From Thermoplasmatota archaeon (GTDB lineage: Archaea > Thermoplasmatota > Penumbrarchaeia > Penumbrarchaeales > EX4484-36), in contig JAOZQA010000006.1 of the NCBI GenBank assembly GCA_029932465.1, forward strand, positions 1-57,243: DNA of 57,243 nucleotides, written 5' to 3'. How positions within the stretch are numbered: position 1 is the stretch's first letter; each line of letters opens with the position of its first letter. The notes beneath the pieces are model-generated. The model had not been told where the DNA came from. It did not search any database and saw only the letters and a list, made by a program, of their open reading frames with translations. A program made the translations under genes and the position numbers. Below, piece after piece: positions 10,224-19,366 of this stretch.

Positions 10224-12445
10224 CTCTTGATCACCACCAGAAGAAGGGCTACTATGAGAACAGCAAGGAGGAGGACCTCTGTCCAGAGGATAAAGTCAAC
10301 GTTGCTTCTCTTCTTCTCGGGCTCCAGGGGGGAGGGGTCCTTCCCGTCTGGGATACCGTCGCCGTCGGTATCTGGGTCTAGCGGATCAGTTTCACCTTTA
10401 TCCACCCTTCCGTTGCGGTTTATATCCTCCATCCCGTCCAGAAGGAAGTCTCCGTCGGTGTCGGGGTTTGTAGGGTCTGTAGCCACACCATCGCTGGTAT
10501 CCACCTCAATACCGTCCGGGAGCCCATCGTCGTCTGTATCGGGGTTGAAGGGGGAGGTGCCCAGCTCCTCCTCCCTGTAGTCGGGGAGTCCGTCCCCGTC
10601 ACTGTCTAGGGGCATGACCATAACGGTTATGTTGATTACAGCTACACCGGTGTAGAGGGAGCCGTCGTAGGCCCTCACCTCCAGCCTGTGGGGTCCTGGG
10701 ATGACAGCAGAGAGGTTGTAGGTGAGGTTAAAGCTCCCGTTCCCACTCCATTTCAGGGGTATCCACTCCCCCCCGTCAAATCTGATCTCAACGGACCTTG
10801 CGGGGTAGGCCCCCTGATACTCCCCCCGCAGAGTGAGGGTGCCAGTCACCACCTCCCCCTCCCCGGGTTCCCAGACAACTAGGAATGGTGGCGGGTGCTC
10901 CCGGAATAACTCAACAGTAATCTCTCTTGGGGACCCCTCTTCCAGAGTTAAAGAGGCGGAGATGTACCCTGGGGAGCTCAGGACCCCCCTTGCATCTCCC
11001 AAGTGGGCCGTCCCACTTATGCTCTCAACCGTTATGTTCAAAGTGACCTGCCGTATCTCACCCTCTGGACCGAAGAAGCTGCGGACCTCCCCCCCCGGGA
11101 GGAATAGGTCGAGGGTGAGGTTCTCAACCCTCTGCCCGGTATCAGAGTCTACGGCGGTTATGTTGTACATCCTCGAGTAGGTCACGCGGGACTTGGAGTC
11201 CCTGAAGAGAAGAGGCCCTGAAGTCTCGCTCTCTACCACTATCACGGAGGAGTTGAGGTCAAGGGCGAAGGAGAACCTTCCAGCCCCCTCCATGCGGGAA
11301 ATCCAGCACTGGACGGAGGAGCGTACCATCTCAAGGTATGCGAAGCCCACATCCCTTATGGTGGTATAGGAGACCTCACCGCGGCTCACTGTCATATAAA
11401 AGGCGGAGAAGGGGTAGCCCGAGGGGGGGTGGCCTACATTTTCTATTGTGCACAATCTCACCACGAACTCGGTAGCGTTGAGGTCGAATGCGCTCTGCGC
11501 CGCTCCCTTAACCACAAGCCCATCCACAAGGAGGCTGCCACCGATGGAGTGTACGGCGTCTTTGAGTGTATCCCTGAGGGTGGAGTTCCTGGCTATGAGC
11601 TCGGAGTAAAGAGAGTATATATTGTAAATGGAGGAGTTCATGAAGCACCCTTCAAGCTCCACCTCCGAGCGAGAGAGGAGCAGGTTGTAGGAGGGGTTCT
11701 CGGTGAAGCGGGTGTCCTGCATGCTTGCGGTGGTGGTGAAGAGGTATGCGCCGGTGTTCCTGTTTCTCTCAAGTGTGCATCTTTTCAGCTCAAGGGAGGC
11801 CCTGGCCGTCTTGATGCCGGTTGAGGTGTTGGTGATGGTGGAGCCCTCCATCTGAAGAGCTGAGTCCTCAAGGTAGACGCCATAGTAGCCGCCGTCGTGT
11901 ATCTGCGTTCCGAGAAGGGTTATATTGCTCCCCTCCCTGCCCTCCACCCCCGAGCGCTGAAAATCTGATATTTCGGAGTCCGTAACAGTGAGCCTAGAGG
12001 ACTCGCAGAAGATGCTTACATCCCCACCAATGATCACTGTATGCTTAAGAACAGATGTATACTGGGGATTGGGGCTATATATATACATCCCGCCCCACGA
12101 GAGGAGGGGATTGAAGGGCATCAGGTAGATCTCATCTCCCTCCTCCCCCAGGGCGAGGAGCCTGCCCCTGACGTTCAGATGCGCTGAGGAATCGAACTTC
12201 AGCACGTCCCCCGGGCGGAGGGAAAGGGTGTCCGGGAAGGTGACGGTGATGTTCCCCTTCACAAGATAATAGCCCCCAGTCTTCTCCACTGCATCGGGGG
12301 CTAGAGTAGCTAGGTCGTCCATGGTGTAGTTCCCCCCGTCCCCCGGGGTCATAACTCCCACTGGAGAGATAGCCTCGCCGGGTGAGAAGTAGACCGGCAA
12401 GGCTGCAAGCACGGATATAAGCATTACAAGGGCCCTTTTGAGCAC
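10208..12445 (-). CDS. Secreted right-handed beta-helix protein with Ig-like domain, Ca-binding DxDxDG repeats and C-terminal TM anchor
   Basis: Signal peptide, parallel beta-helix repeats, four D[ST]D[GD]D repeats, TM helix plus KRWRGR. Confidence 0.8.
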   Translation of the reverse strand: MLKRALVMLISVLAALPVYFSPGEAISPVGVMTPGDGGNYTMDDLATLAPDAVEKTGGYYLVKGNITVTFPDTLSLRPGDVLKFDSSAHLNVRGRLLALGEEGDEIYLMPFNPLLSWGGMYIYSPNPQYTSVLKHTVIIGGDVSIFCESSRLTVTDSEISDFQRSGVEGREGSNITLLGTQIHDGGYYGVYLEDSALQMEGSTITNTSTGIKTARASLELKRCTLERNRNTGAYLFTTTASMQDTRFTENPSYNLLLSRSEVELEGCFMNSSIYNIYSLYSELIARNSTLRDTLKDAVHSIGGSLLVDGLVVKGAAQSAFDLNATEFVVRLCTIENVGHPPSGYPFSAFYMTVSRGEVSYTTIRDVGFAYLEMVRSSVQCWISRMEGAGRFSFALDLNSSVIVVESETSGPLLFRDSKSRVTYSRMYNITAVDSDTGQRVENLTLDLFLPGGEVRSFFGPEGEIRQVTLNITVESISGTAHLGDARGVLSSPGYISASLTLEEGSPREITVELFREHPPPFLVVWEPGEGEVVTGTLTLRGEYQGAYPARSVEIRFDGGEWIPLKWSGNGSFNLTYNLSAVIPGPHRLEVRAYDGSLYTGVAVINITVMVMPLDSDGDGLPDYREEELGTSPFNPDTDDDGLPDGIEVDTSDGVATDPTNPDTDGDFLLDGMEDINRNGRVDKGETDPLDPDTDGDGIPDGKDPSPLEPEKKRSNVDFILWTEVLLLAVLIVALLLVVIKRWRGR

Positions 12446-12603
12446 GCCGACACCCCCTGAGCTGCCCTCAGGTTGTATGGGTGTGTTTATACTACCCCTC
12501 TTATTAATGTTATTACCACACCTGCAGGTAGAAGGGTGTAGGCCGGCCCCGGTAACCTTTAAATTGTGTTTTCCTTTTGGTCTACCCCCGGAGGGAAGAT
12601 AAG

Positions 12604-13638
12604 ATGGACAGGATAGTGGAGTGCGTTCCCAACATAAGCGAGGGCAGAGATTTGGAGAAGATCAGGCGCATAGTCTCCGTGATCGATCAGGTGGAGGGAG
12701 TGAAGCTCCTCTCCTACGAGCCTGATGCCGATTACAATAGGACGGTTATAACCTACGTGGGCACCCCCGAAGGGGTTGTTGAGGCGGGACGGAGGCTCCT
12801 CAAAGCCGCCTTTGAGGAGATAGACATGACGAAACACAAGGGCGAGCACCCCCGTATGGGGGCGGTGGATGTGTTTCCCTTTGTCCCTGTGAAGGGGGTC
12901 ACCATGGATGACTGCGTGGCCCTCGCCAGGGAGCTGGGGAAGTGGGCGGGGGAGAGTCTCGGTATTCCCGTTTACTACTACGAGTACGCCGCAACCACCC
13001 CCGAGAGGAAGAACCTATCCACCATACGGGCTGGAGAGTATGAGGGGCTTGAGGAGAAGCTTAAGGACCCCCGCTGGAGGCCAGATGAGGGCCCTGCGAA
13101 GTTCGTTCCAAGGTTCGGAGGGGTTGTCATAGGAGCCAGGGACTTCCTCATAGCCTACAACGTGAATATTGACATCTCCGATGTCACTCCGGCGAAGAGA
13201 ATCGCGGAGACCATAAGGGAATCGGGCGTTCTCATCAAGTCGGCGGGGGGCAAGAAAATCATGGGGGATGACGGAAAACCCGTGCGCATCCCGGGGCGTC
13301 TTAAGTCTGTCAAGGCCATGGGTGTCACCCTGGAGAAGTATGGGATTACCCAGGTCTCCATGAACCTAACCAACTTCCACGTGACCCCGCCCCACATCGC
13401 TTATGAAGCGGTAAAGCTGGAAGCGGAGAAGCTGGGGGTTCAAGTGAAAGGCTCCGAGATCGTGGGGCTGGTGCCGCTTGAGGCCCTCGCAATGGCGGGG
13501 AGGTTCTACAGCCGCATGGAGGATCGCGAGCCTCCTGAAGACCCCGACCAGCTCCTTGAGATAGCAGTGGATAAGCTGGGGCTTTCAACGCTGGAGGAGT
13601 TCATCCCGGAGAAGAAGGTTATAGAATACATGATTTAA
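12604..13638 (+). CDS. ftcd: Glutamate formimidoyltransferase
   Basis: IVECVPNISEGRD, DADYNRTVIT, HKGEHPRMGAVDVFPFVP, IRAGEYEG, QVSMNL, GSEIVGLVP. Start ATG 12604. Confidence 0.93.
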   Translation: MDRIVECVPNISEGRDLEKIRRIVSVIDQVEGVKLLSYEPDADYNRTVITYVGTPEGVVEAGRRLLKAAFEEIDMTKHKGEHPRMGAVDVFPFVPVKGVTMDDCVALARELGKWAGESLGIPVYYYEYAATTPERKNLSTIRAGEYEGLEEKLKDPRWRPDEGPAKFVPRFGGVVIGARDFLIAYNVNIDISDVTPAKRIAETIRESGVLIKSAGGKKIMGDDGKPVRIPGRLKSVKAMGVTLEKYGITQVSMNLTNFHVTPPHIAYEAVKLEAEKLGVQVKGSEIVGLVPLEALAMAGRFYSRMEDREPPEDPDQLLEIAVDKLGLSTLEEFIPEKKVIEYMI

Positions 13639-13652
13639 GAGGTGAAGAAGAG

Positions 13653-14288
13653 ATGAGCGAATTTGCAAATCTTAAGGTGAAGGAGTTCCTTCAGAAGGCA
13701 TCGTCCTCCTCCCCTACCCCTGGGGGGGGTACGGTCTCCGCTATGATGGGGGCCTTGGGGGCATCCCTTCTGAGGATGGTAGCCGAGCTCACCGTGGGCA
13801 AGAAGGGTTATGAAGAGGTGTGGGAAGAGATGGGGGGACGCTCGGGAGAGCTCAACGAACTGATGGGAGAGCTTTCCCGTCTTATGGACGAAGACTCGAA
13901 GGCCTTCGATGCTGTGATGGAGGCCTTCTCGCTTCCCAAAGAGAGTGAAGAGGAGAAGGCTGCAAGGAGGGAGGCCATACAGAGGGCCTTCAAGCTCGCC
14001 ACTGAGGTTCCGCTGAAGACCGCCAAGGCGTGCCTTAAGGCCCTCGAACACGCCCCCCACATTGCGGAGAAGGGCAACAAGAATTCCATATCTGACGTCG
14101 GAGTCGGAGCTCTGGCATGTATGGGTGGCCTTCGCGGAGCACTGCTTAATGTGAAGATCAACACCCCGTCCATCAAGGATGTGAGCTTCAGGGAGGCCGC
14201 CGAGAGGGAGGCGGAGGAGCTTATGAAGAAGGGCGAGGCGCTCTACGAGGAGACAATGGATAGGGTAGAGAGGGTCTTAGAGGGATGA
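13653..14288 (+). CDS. Formiminotetrahydrofolate cyclodeaminase / cyclohydrolase family protein
   Basis: SSSPTPGGGTVSA, DEDSKAF, ATEVPL, GNKNSISDVGVG, NVKIN. Directly follows the formiminotransferase. Confidence 0.9.
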   Translation: MSEFANLKVKEFLQKASSSSPTPGGGTVSAMMGALGASLLRMVAELTVGKKGYEEVWEEMGGRSGELNELMGELSRLMDEDSKAFDAVMEAFSLPKESEEEKAARREAIQRAFKLATEVPLKTAKACLKALEHAPHIAEKGNKNSISDVGVGALACMGGLRGALLNVKINTPSIKDVSFREAAEREAEELMKKGEALYEETMDRVERVLEG

Positions 14289-14536
14289 GTATGGTCCAGA
14301 ATCGCAAGATAAGGAAGCTTACAGCCCAGATCAAGAAGCTGGAGAAAAAGATAGAGAAGTACGAGGAGAAGCTTGAGAGGGCCAAGGAGCTTATGGAGCA
14401 GGGGAAGATAACCAAGGCACAATATCAGAAAGCAAAGATGGAGTACTCCGAGAGGATAAGGGGCCTCAGAGGCGCCATCCACCGGAAGGAGAAGGCCCGT
14501 CTCTACGCTGAGAGAGAGCTGAAGGAGAAGAGGTAG
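14285..14536 (+). CDS. Small basic coiled-coil protein with SHOCT-like motif
   Basis: ATGA overlap with upstream gene. AKELMEQGKITKAQYQKAK resembles SHOCT. Confidence 0.7.
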   Translation: MSMVQNRKIRKLTAQIKKLEKKIEKYEEKLERAKELMEQGKITKAQYQKAKMEYSERIRGLRGAIHRKEKARLYAERELKEKR

Positions 14537-14546
14537 CACAGGTTCT

Positions 14547-14561
14547 GAAAAGCTTTTTATA
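14547..14561 (+). promoter_or_regulatory. BRE/TATA promoter
   Basis: GAAAAGCTTTTTATA about 25 nt before GTG 14585, suggesting a leaderless transcript. Confidence 0.55.
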
Positions 14562-14584
14562 CCCACCGTAACTTAAAACGAGTC

Positions 14585-17500
14585 GTGAGACCTAAAGATG
14601 CTCCAGCGGTGGCTTTCATCATCATCCTCGCTATACCCCTTCTCCATCAGCCGGTGGGGGGAGCGGTCCCGAACCTGGCGGAGGAGCCTGGGGGCGTTCT
14701 TTACAGAGAGGTTTACTGTGAGGAGAAGGGACTTATGTATTTCGTACCGGAGGAGGAGACCAGGGCCCCCTCCTCCCTTGACATCTCAGTCTACATCCCC
14801 GGCACCACTGTAAACTCCACAGGTCTTCCTTCGTGGGGAGTGTATTCTTTGGGGGTTGTGGGGGAGGTAGTGACCTTCCGTACCCAGGCGGTGAACCACG
14901 GTGAGGTGCCCGCCTACAACGTCACCGTCACCCTCACGGTATATATATGGAACGGGGCGGGCAGGATAGACGGGGGAAAGGTCGTGTGGAGCCAGAGGAG
15001 GGAGACGTACGTTCCCCCGGGGGACGGGTCTCTTTCCGAGCCCGTGTTCTTCAATTGGACACCACATCTCTCCGGACCCTATATCGTCAACATCACTTTC
15101 GAGCTTAAGGGAGACAGCCGCCCCAGGGATAACAGCGCCTATTACATCGGGGCGGTCTATGAGGTTGGGGGTAAAAGAAGGTATTCGGGGGTGTGGATAG
15201 ACCGCTGGATCGACTCCCTCGAGGGGGAGACAGAGATCACCTCCCTTCCCTCCGAGAGCTGGAAGAGGGTCCCGATGCCTTCCTTCCCCATCACCGAAGA
15301 GTACTCACCCCCCACAGTCCTCTACTGCGGGAGCCTTACCAACCTCTCGTCTAACTACGACTCAGCACCTCGCAGAATTCTCCTTCCCCCCTTCGACTTA
15401 AGAGAGCTTCCGGATGACTACTTCGACCCACTGTTTCTTATGAACCGCCCCCAGGCATACCTAGCCTATAAGTTTCTGGGGGAGGTAGGGGCGGGCGGGA
15501 GGCTTGTCAACCTGATTTCCGTGGATGGGGGGCTCTTTGAACCTCTCCTGGACCCGTTGGGGAACCCCGTTGTAATAGATGTGAACACCTCCTCGGGGGG
15601 GACGTACAGATGGCTCTATCCCACCCATCTGGATATATTCGGCAACTCCTTCTACCCGGGGATAGACTTGAGCAGATATGCTGGGCACTGGGTGAGGGTG
15701 GCCATAGAATACCAGCCTGGGCCTGAGGGGAACGGCAGTGAGATGGGCTACTTTCTGGACGATTTCATCCTCTTTATGAGGGAGAGCTACGAAAGCTTCT
15801 CATTCCAGGTGAGCCCAGAGGAGCCCCGGGAGCTCCGCCTCAACCCCGGGGAGAGCGCTGAGCTCTTCTTCACTGTCCACTTCAAAAGGGTAAAAGAGCC
15901 CCTGCCTCTTAAGGTGAGCTCAAGCTGTGACTGCCGGGAGATTGAGGTGAGGATAGAACCCGAGGTGATAAGAGACCCGGCGGAAGGAGAGAGCATAGAA
16001 GTGACAGTGGCCTTCAGAGCCCGCAACGGAGCCCCCCCGGGGGATCATTCTGTGGAGATATCCTTCGCCGGGGGAGGCAGGGTTCTCGAGAGGTGGGTTA
16101 ACCTGACCGTGCCCCTGCTGGAGCGTATATCCTCTACCGGCGGCGGCGCTATCAGGGCGCCGCCAGAGGGTGAGTTTAACCTCACCGCCGAGGTGGTAAA
16201 CCAGGGTAACGTTCCGGTGAGCCTGAGGACAACCCTCTACATGCCCGAGGGCTTCTCCGCCGCCTACGGCAGGGAGCTCTCCCTCCCTGTGGGGGAGAGC
16301 AAGTCACTAAAGGCGAGGGTCTCCTACGTCACAATGCCCCCGGGGAATTATTCTCTTCTCTGGCTGTTCTACCCCTCCGACATCGAAGGGGTGGAGCGGT
16401 TTAAGGCCCAGGAGGCTCTAGACCTTCTCAACGAGAGCGGCCGCTCCTATGGCGCTGTGGAATACAGGGTCTATGTGGGCAGGGCCCGAGCTCTATATCT
16501 GAAATTGCTGGTGCCTTCCATGTTGGTCAGGTACGGAGGCGAACCTATACCTGTGAAGGTCCCTTTCATCCTGGCCAACAGGGGTAACGCCTTTGAGAAC
16601 CTCACCCTTGAACTGAGGTCGGAGGACTTCCCTCCATCTCATCTCAACTTCACCCCGAAAAGAGTCTCAGTCCCCCCCGAGGGCATTGCGGAGGGGGAAG
16701 TGGAATTTCGGATAAACGGCACACTCCTTCACGGCACCTATTTAATGAACCTCTACGCCACAGGAGAGGGAGGCGAAGTCCTCGAAGAAGAAAGGTTCGA
16801 GCTTACAGTTCACAACCTCAAGCTCTCCTCAGCCCTCTACAGCTCTCAAGGGGTAAGCGTAGGCATAATACCTGGAGAGATTATAAGGGGGAGAGACTCC
16901 CTTCTGGTGGTTAATGCGACCCGCTCCTACCCGATAGAGACAGAGGAGGTCACCTTCTGCCTGAAGGTCACCCTGGGAGGGGCTCCTTACGCGGAGAGGA
17001 CGTGGATGTTGAGCAGTGCGAACTCAACGCTTCTCAAATGGCTTATAACCTTCAGAGAAGCGGGAGAGGTTACAATATCTCTCAACGTGACGTGGAGGGT
17101 CTACGGGGAGGTCTTCCATTTCACCGCCCCTCCCTTTAACGCAATCGTTCACAGGATTAATGTGAAGGTAGAGGACATCTTCCTTTTCAACGAGGAGGGA
17201 GAGGCGATCCCCTTGGAGGGGAACATAAAAGAGGGACGGTACGCGCTGGGTGCCCGTATAATAAACACGGGAGACAGCGAGGTGAAGGGCTTTAAGGTAC
17301 TCTTCACTATCGAATACTTGGGGATACGGCACAACTACACGGCGAACGTGACCCTGCTAAGACCGGGGGATAGCAGGCTGGTGACTGTCGGTGAGGTGGA
17401 GATAAGAAAGAGAGGGGAGGAGAAGGTCCGGATATTTGTACAGGTAGACCCCGACGCAGTCCTCTACGAGGAGGACCTGAAGGACAATACGATGCAGAGA

Positions 17501-17638
17501 AGGGTAGGTGTGGTTGAGGCGAAGGAACCCTCCACCGTTCAGACCACAAGATATGCTTATTTCACCCTTGTGATAATCATAGTGGTTCTGATGGTGGCGA
17601 TAACGCTGAGGATGGTTCGGAGGGTAATGCAGACTTAG
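14585..17638 (+). CDS. Secreted CARDB/Ig-like repeat protein with C-terminal TM anchor
   Basis: Signal peptide, VxNxG repeats, VDPD..YEEDLKDN CARDB end, terminal hydrophobic helix plus RR. Confidence 0.8.
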   Translation: MRPKDAPAVAFIIILAIPLLHQPVGGAVPNLAEEPGGVLYREVYCEEKGLMYFVPEEETRAPSSLDISVYIPGTTVNSTGLPSWGVYSLGVVGEVVTFRTQAVNHGEVPAYNVTVTLTVYIWNGAGRIDGGKVVWSQRRETYVPPGDGSLSEPVFFNWTPHLSGPYIVNITFELKGDSRPRDNSAYYIGAVYEVGGKRRYSGVWIDRWIDSLEGETEITSLPSESWKRVPMPSFPITEEYSPPTVLYCGSLTNLSSNYDSAPRRILLPPFDLRELPDDYFDPLFLMNRPQAYLAYKFLGEVGAGGRLVNLISVDGGLFEPLLDPLGNPVVIDVNTSSGGTYRWLYPTHLDIFGNSFYPGIDLSRYAGHWVRVAIEYQPGPEGNGSEMGYFLDDFILFMRESYESFSFQVSPEEPRELRLNPGESAELFFTVHFKRVKEPLPLKVSSSCDCREIEVRIEPEVIRDPAEGESIEVTVAFRARNGAPPGDHSVEISFAGGGRVLERWVNLTVPLLERISSTGGGAIRAPPEGEFNLTAEVVNQGNVPVSLRTTLYMPEGFSAAYGRELSLPVGESKSLKARVSYVTMPPGNYSLLWLFYPSDIEGVERFKAQEALDLLNESGRSYGAVEYRVYVGRARALYLKLLVPSMLVRYGGEPIPVKVPFILANRGNAFENLTLELRSEDFPPSHLNFTPKRVSVPPEGIAEGEVEFRINGTLLHGTYLMNLYATGEGGEVLEEERFELTVHNLKLSSALYSSQGVSVGIIPGEIIRGRDSLLVVNATRSYPIETEEVTFCLKVTLGGAPYAERTWMLSSANSTLLKWLITFREAGEVTISLNVTWRVYGEVFHFTAPPFNAIVHRINVKVEDIFLFNEEGEAIPLEGNIKEGRYALGARIINTGDSEVKGFKVLFTIEYLGIRHNYTANVTLLRPGDSRLVTVGEVEIRKRGEEKVRIFVQVDPDAVLYEEDLKDNTMQRRVGVVEAKEPSTVQTTRYAYFTLVIIIVVLMVAITLRMVRRVMQT

Positions 17639-17650
17639 CGGCCAATACAT

Positions 17651-17668
17651 CAAAAAAGTTTTAATAAA
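17651..17668 (+). promoter_or_regulatory. BRE/TATA promoter of str operon
   Basis: CAAAAAAGTTTTAATAAA about 45 nt upstream of rps12, followed by GAGGTG RBS. Confidence 0.55.
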
Positions 17669-17710
17669 GAAGTCTCTTTTCCCCCTCCCTAATTTAAATG
17701 AGGTGTGACG

Positions 17711-18139
17711 ATGGCCCGTGGGCTGTATACGGCGAGAAAGCTGAAAAAGGACCACCAGAGGTTCAGGTGGAGCGATGAGAGATACAAAAGGAGGGTACTT
17801 CATCTCAAGGAGAAGACGGACCCCCTCCAGGGGTCACCCCAGGCGAGGGGTATAGTACTTGAGAAGGTGGGTATTGAAGCCAAACAGCCCAACTCCGCCA
17901 TAAGGAAGTGCGTGAAGGTTCAGCTGATAAAGAACGGGCGACAGGTCACCGCCTTCGCCCCCGGGAATCACGCCATAAACTTTATCGATGAGCACGATGA
18001 GGTTCTGATAGAAGGCATAGGCGGCAGAAAAGGGAGGTCCAAGGGCGACATCCCCGGGGTGAGGTACAAGGTGATAAAGGTCAACAACGTCTCTCTCATT
18101 GAACTGGTGAGGGGAAGGAAGGAGAAGCCCGTACGCTAA
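17711..18139 (+). CDS. rps12: 30S ribosomal protein S12 (uS12)
   Basis: [33 protein letters not shown]. Confidence 0.97.
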   Translation: MARGLYTARKLKKDHQRFRWSDERYKRRVLHLKEKTDPLQGSPQARGIVLEKVGIEAKQPNSAIRKCVKVQLIKNGRQVTAFAPGNHAINFIDEHDEVLIEGIGGRKGRSKGDIPGVRYKVIKVNNVSLIELVRGRKEKPVR

Positions 18140-18153
18140 AGAGGTGATTTTGC

Positions 18154-19338
18154 TTGTCAGTTATGGAGGATAAGGAGGCGGAAGAGAAGAAGACTTCTGC
18201 AACTGAGGAGAAGGCCCGGGAGGCTCCCCCGGAGGAGGCTGAGAAGGCACCGAAGGAGTCTGTGGAGGAGCCCAAAGGTGGGAAGGCAGAGAAAAAGGAG
18301 GAGAAAAAGACCAGAGGTACTCGAAAGAGCACTGCGGGCAAGGGCACCTCCCGGAAGAAGAAAGAGACCGAGGTGGCCGAGGAGGCCAAAGTTGAGGCGG
18401 CGGCCTTGCCGAAGGAGGGAGAGAAGGAGGGTGAGGAGCCTCAGCCGGAGGAGAAGAAAGAGACAAAGACTAAGAGAGGAAGGGGCAGGAAGAAGGCTGA
18501 GAAGACTACTAAGGAGGCCCCTGAGAAGGTCGCAGAGGAGCCTGGGGAGGAGAAGGCAGAGAAGAAGGCACCCGTTGAGAAGCCTGAGGAGGCTTCTGAG
18601 AAGAAGGAAAAGGTTGCGAAGAAGCCGAAGGAGGAGGAGAAGCCCGAGGCGAAGAAAAAGGCCAGGGGAAAGAGGAAGCCCAAGGAGGAGAAGGTCGAAG
18701 AGGCCGAGAGGCCTAAAGAAGACCTCAAAGCGGCCCCGCCGGTGATAGAGGAACCCGGCATAAAGATCCCCAAGGAGTTTTACATGGTCTTTGGCAAATA
18801 TCCCATAGATGGGGTGGTTGTGCGGGATGCCGGACTTGCTAAATATATAATTCTCAAACCCGCACTTGTTCACCACACCCACGGAAGACATGCCAACAGA
18901 GCGTTTCAGAAGGCCAACCTCACAATTGTAGAGCGTCTCATAAACAACATGATGAGGACGGAAAAATACACAGGTAAGAAGAGCAAGGCCTATAAGGTGG
19001 TGAGGGAGACCTTTGAAATAATAGAGAAAAGGACGAAAAAGAACCCCTTGCAGGTGCTGGCAGATGCACTGGTTAACAGCGCCCCCCGGGAGGAGGTGAC
19101 CCGTCTGAAGTTCGGCGGGATCTCCGTTCCCAAAGCTGTGGACGTCTCCCCTTCAAGGAGGCTCGACATAGCCCTGAGGAACATCTGCAAAGGGGCCGTT
19201 AAGATGACGTTCAAGAACAGAAAGCCCGTGGCTGAATGTCTGGCTACGGAGATCATACTGGCATCTCAGGAGGATGTGAACAGCTACGCCATCTCCAAGA
19301 AGGAGGAGGTGGAGAGGATAGCTGCATCCGCACGCTGA
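18154..19338 (+). CDS. rps7: 30S ribosomal protein S7 (uS7) with ~200-aa E/K-rich N-terminal extension
   Basis: C-terminal half has [46 protein letters not shown] start follows GAGGTGA RBS. Confidence 0.93.
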   Translation: MSVMEDKEAEEKKTSATEEKAREAPPEEAEKAPKESVEEPKGGKAEKKEEKKTRGTRKSTAGKGTSRKKKETEVAEEAKVEAAALPKEGEKEGEEPQPEEKKETKTKRGRGRKKAEKTTKEAPEKVAEEPGEEKAEKKAPVEKPEEASEKKEKVAKKPKEEEKPEAKKKARGKRKPKEEKVEEAERPKEDLKAAPPVIEEPGIKIPKEFYMVFGKYPIDGVVVRDAGLAKYIILKPALVHHTHGRHANRAFQKANLTIVERLINNMMRTEKYTGKKSKAYKVVRETFEIIEKRTKKNPLQVLADALVNSAPREEVTRLKFGGISVPKAVDVSPSRRLDIALRNICKGAVKMTFKNRKPVAECLATEIILASQEDVNSYAISKKEEVERIAASAR

Positions 19339-19366
19339 TGATTCTTTTAGGGACAGGTGTGTTGAA

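Noticed and set aside
18157-18891. Long antisense and alternate-frame ORFs (also at 2867, 21713, 27022, 34925, 37037 etc.)
   Set aside because: Shadow ORFs of GC-rich or low-complexity coding strands opposite well-identified genes.
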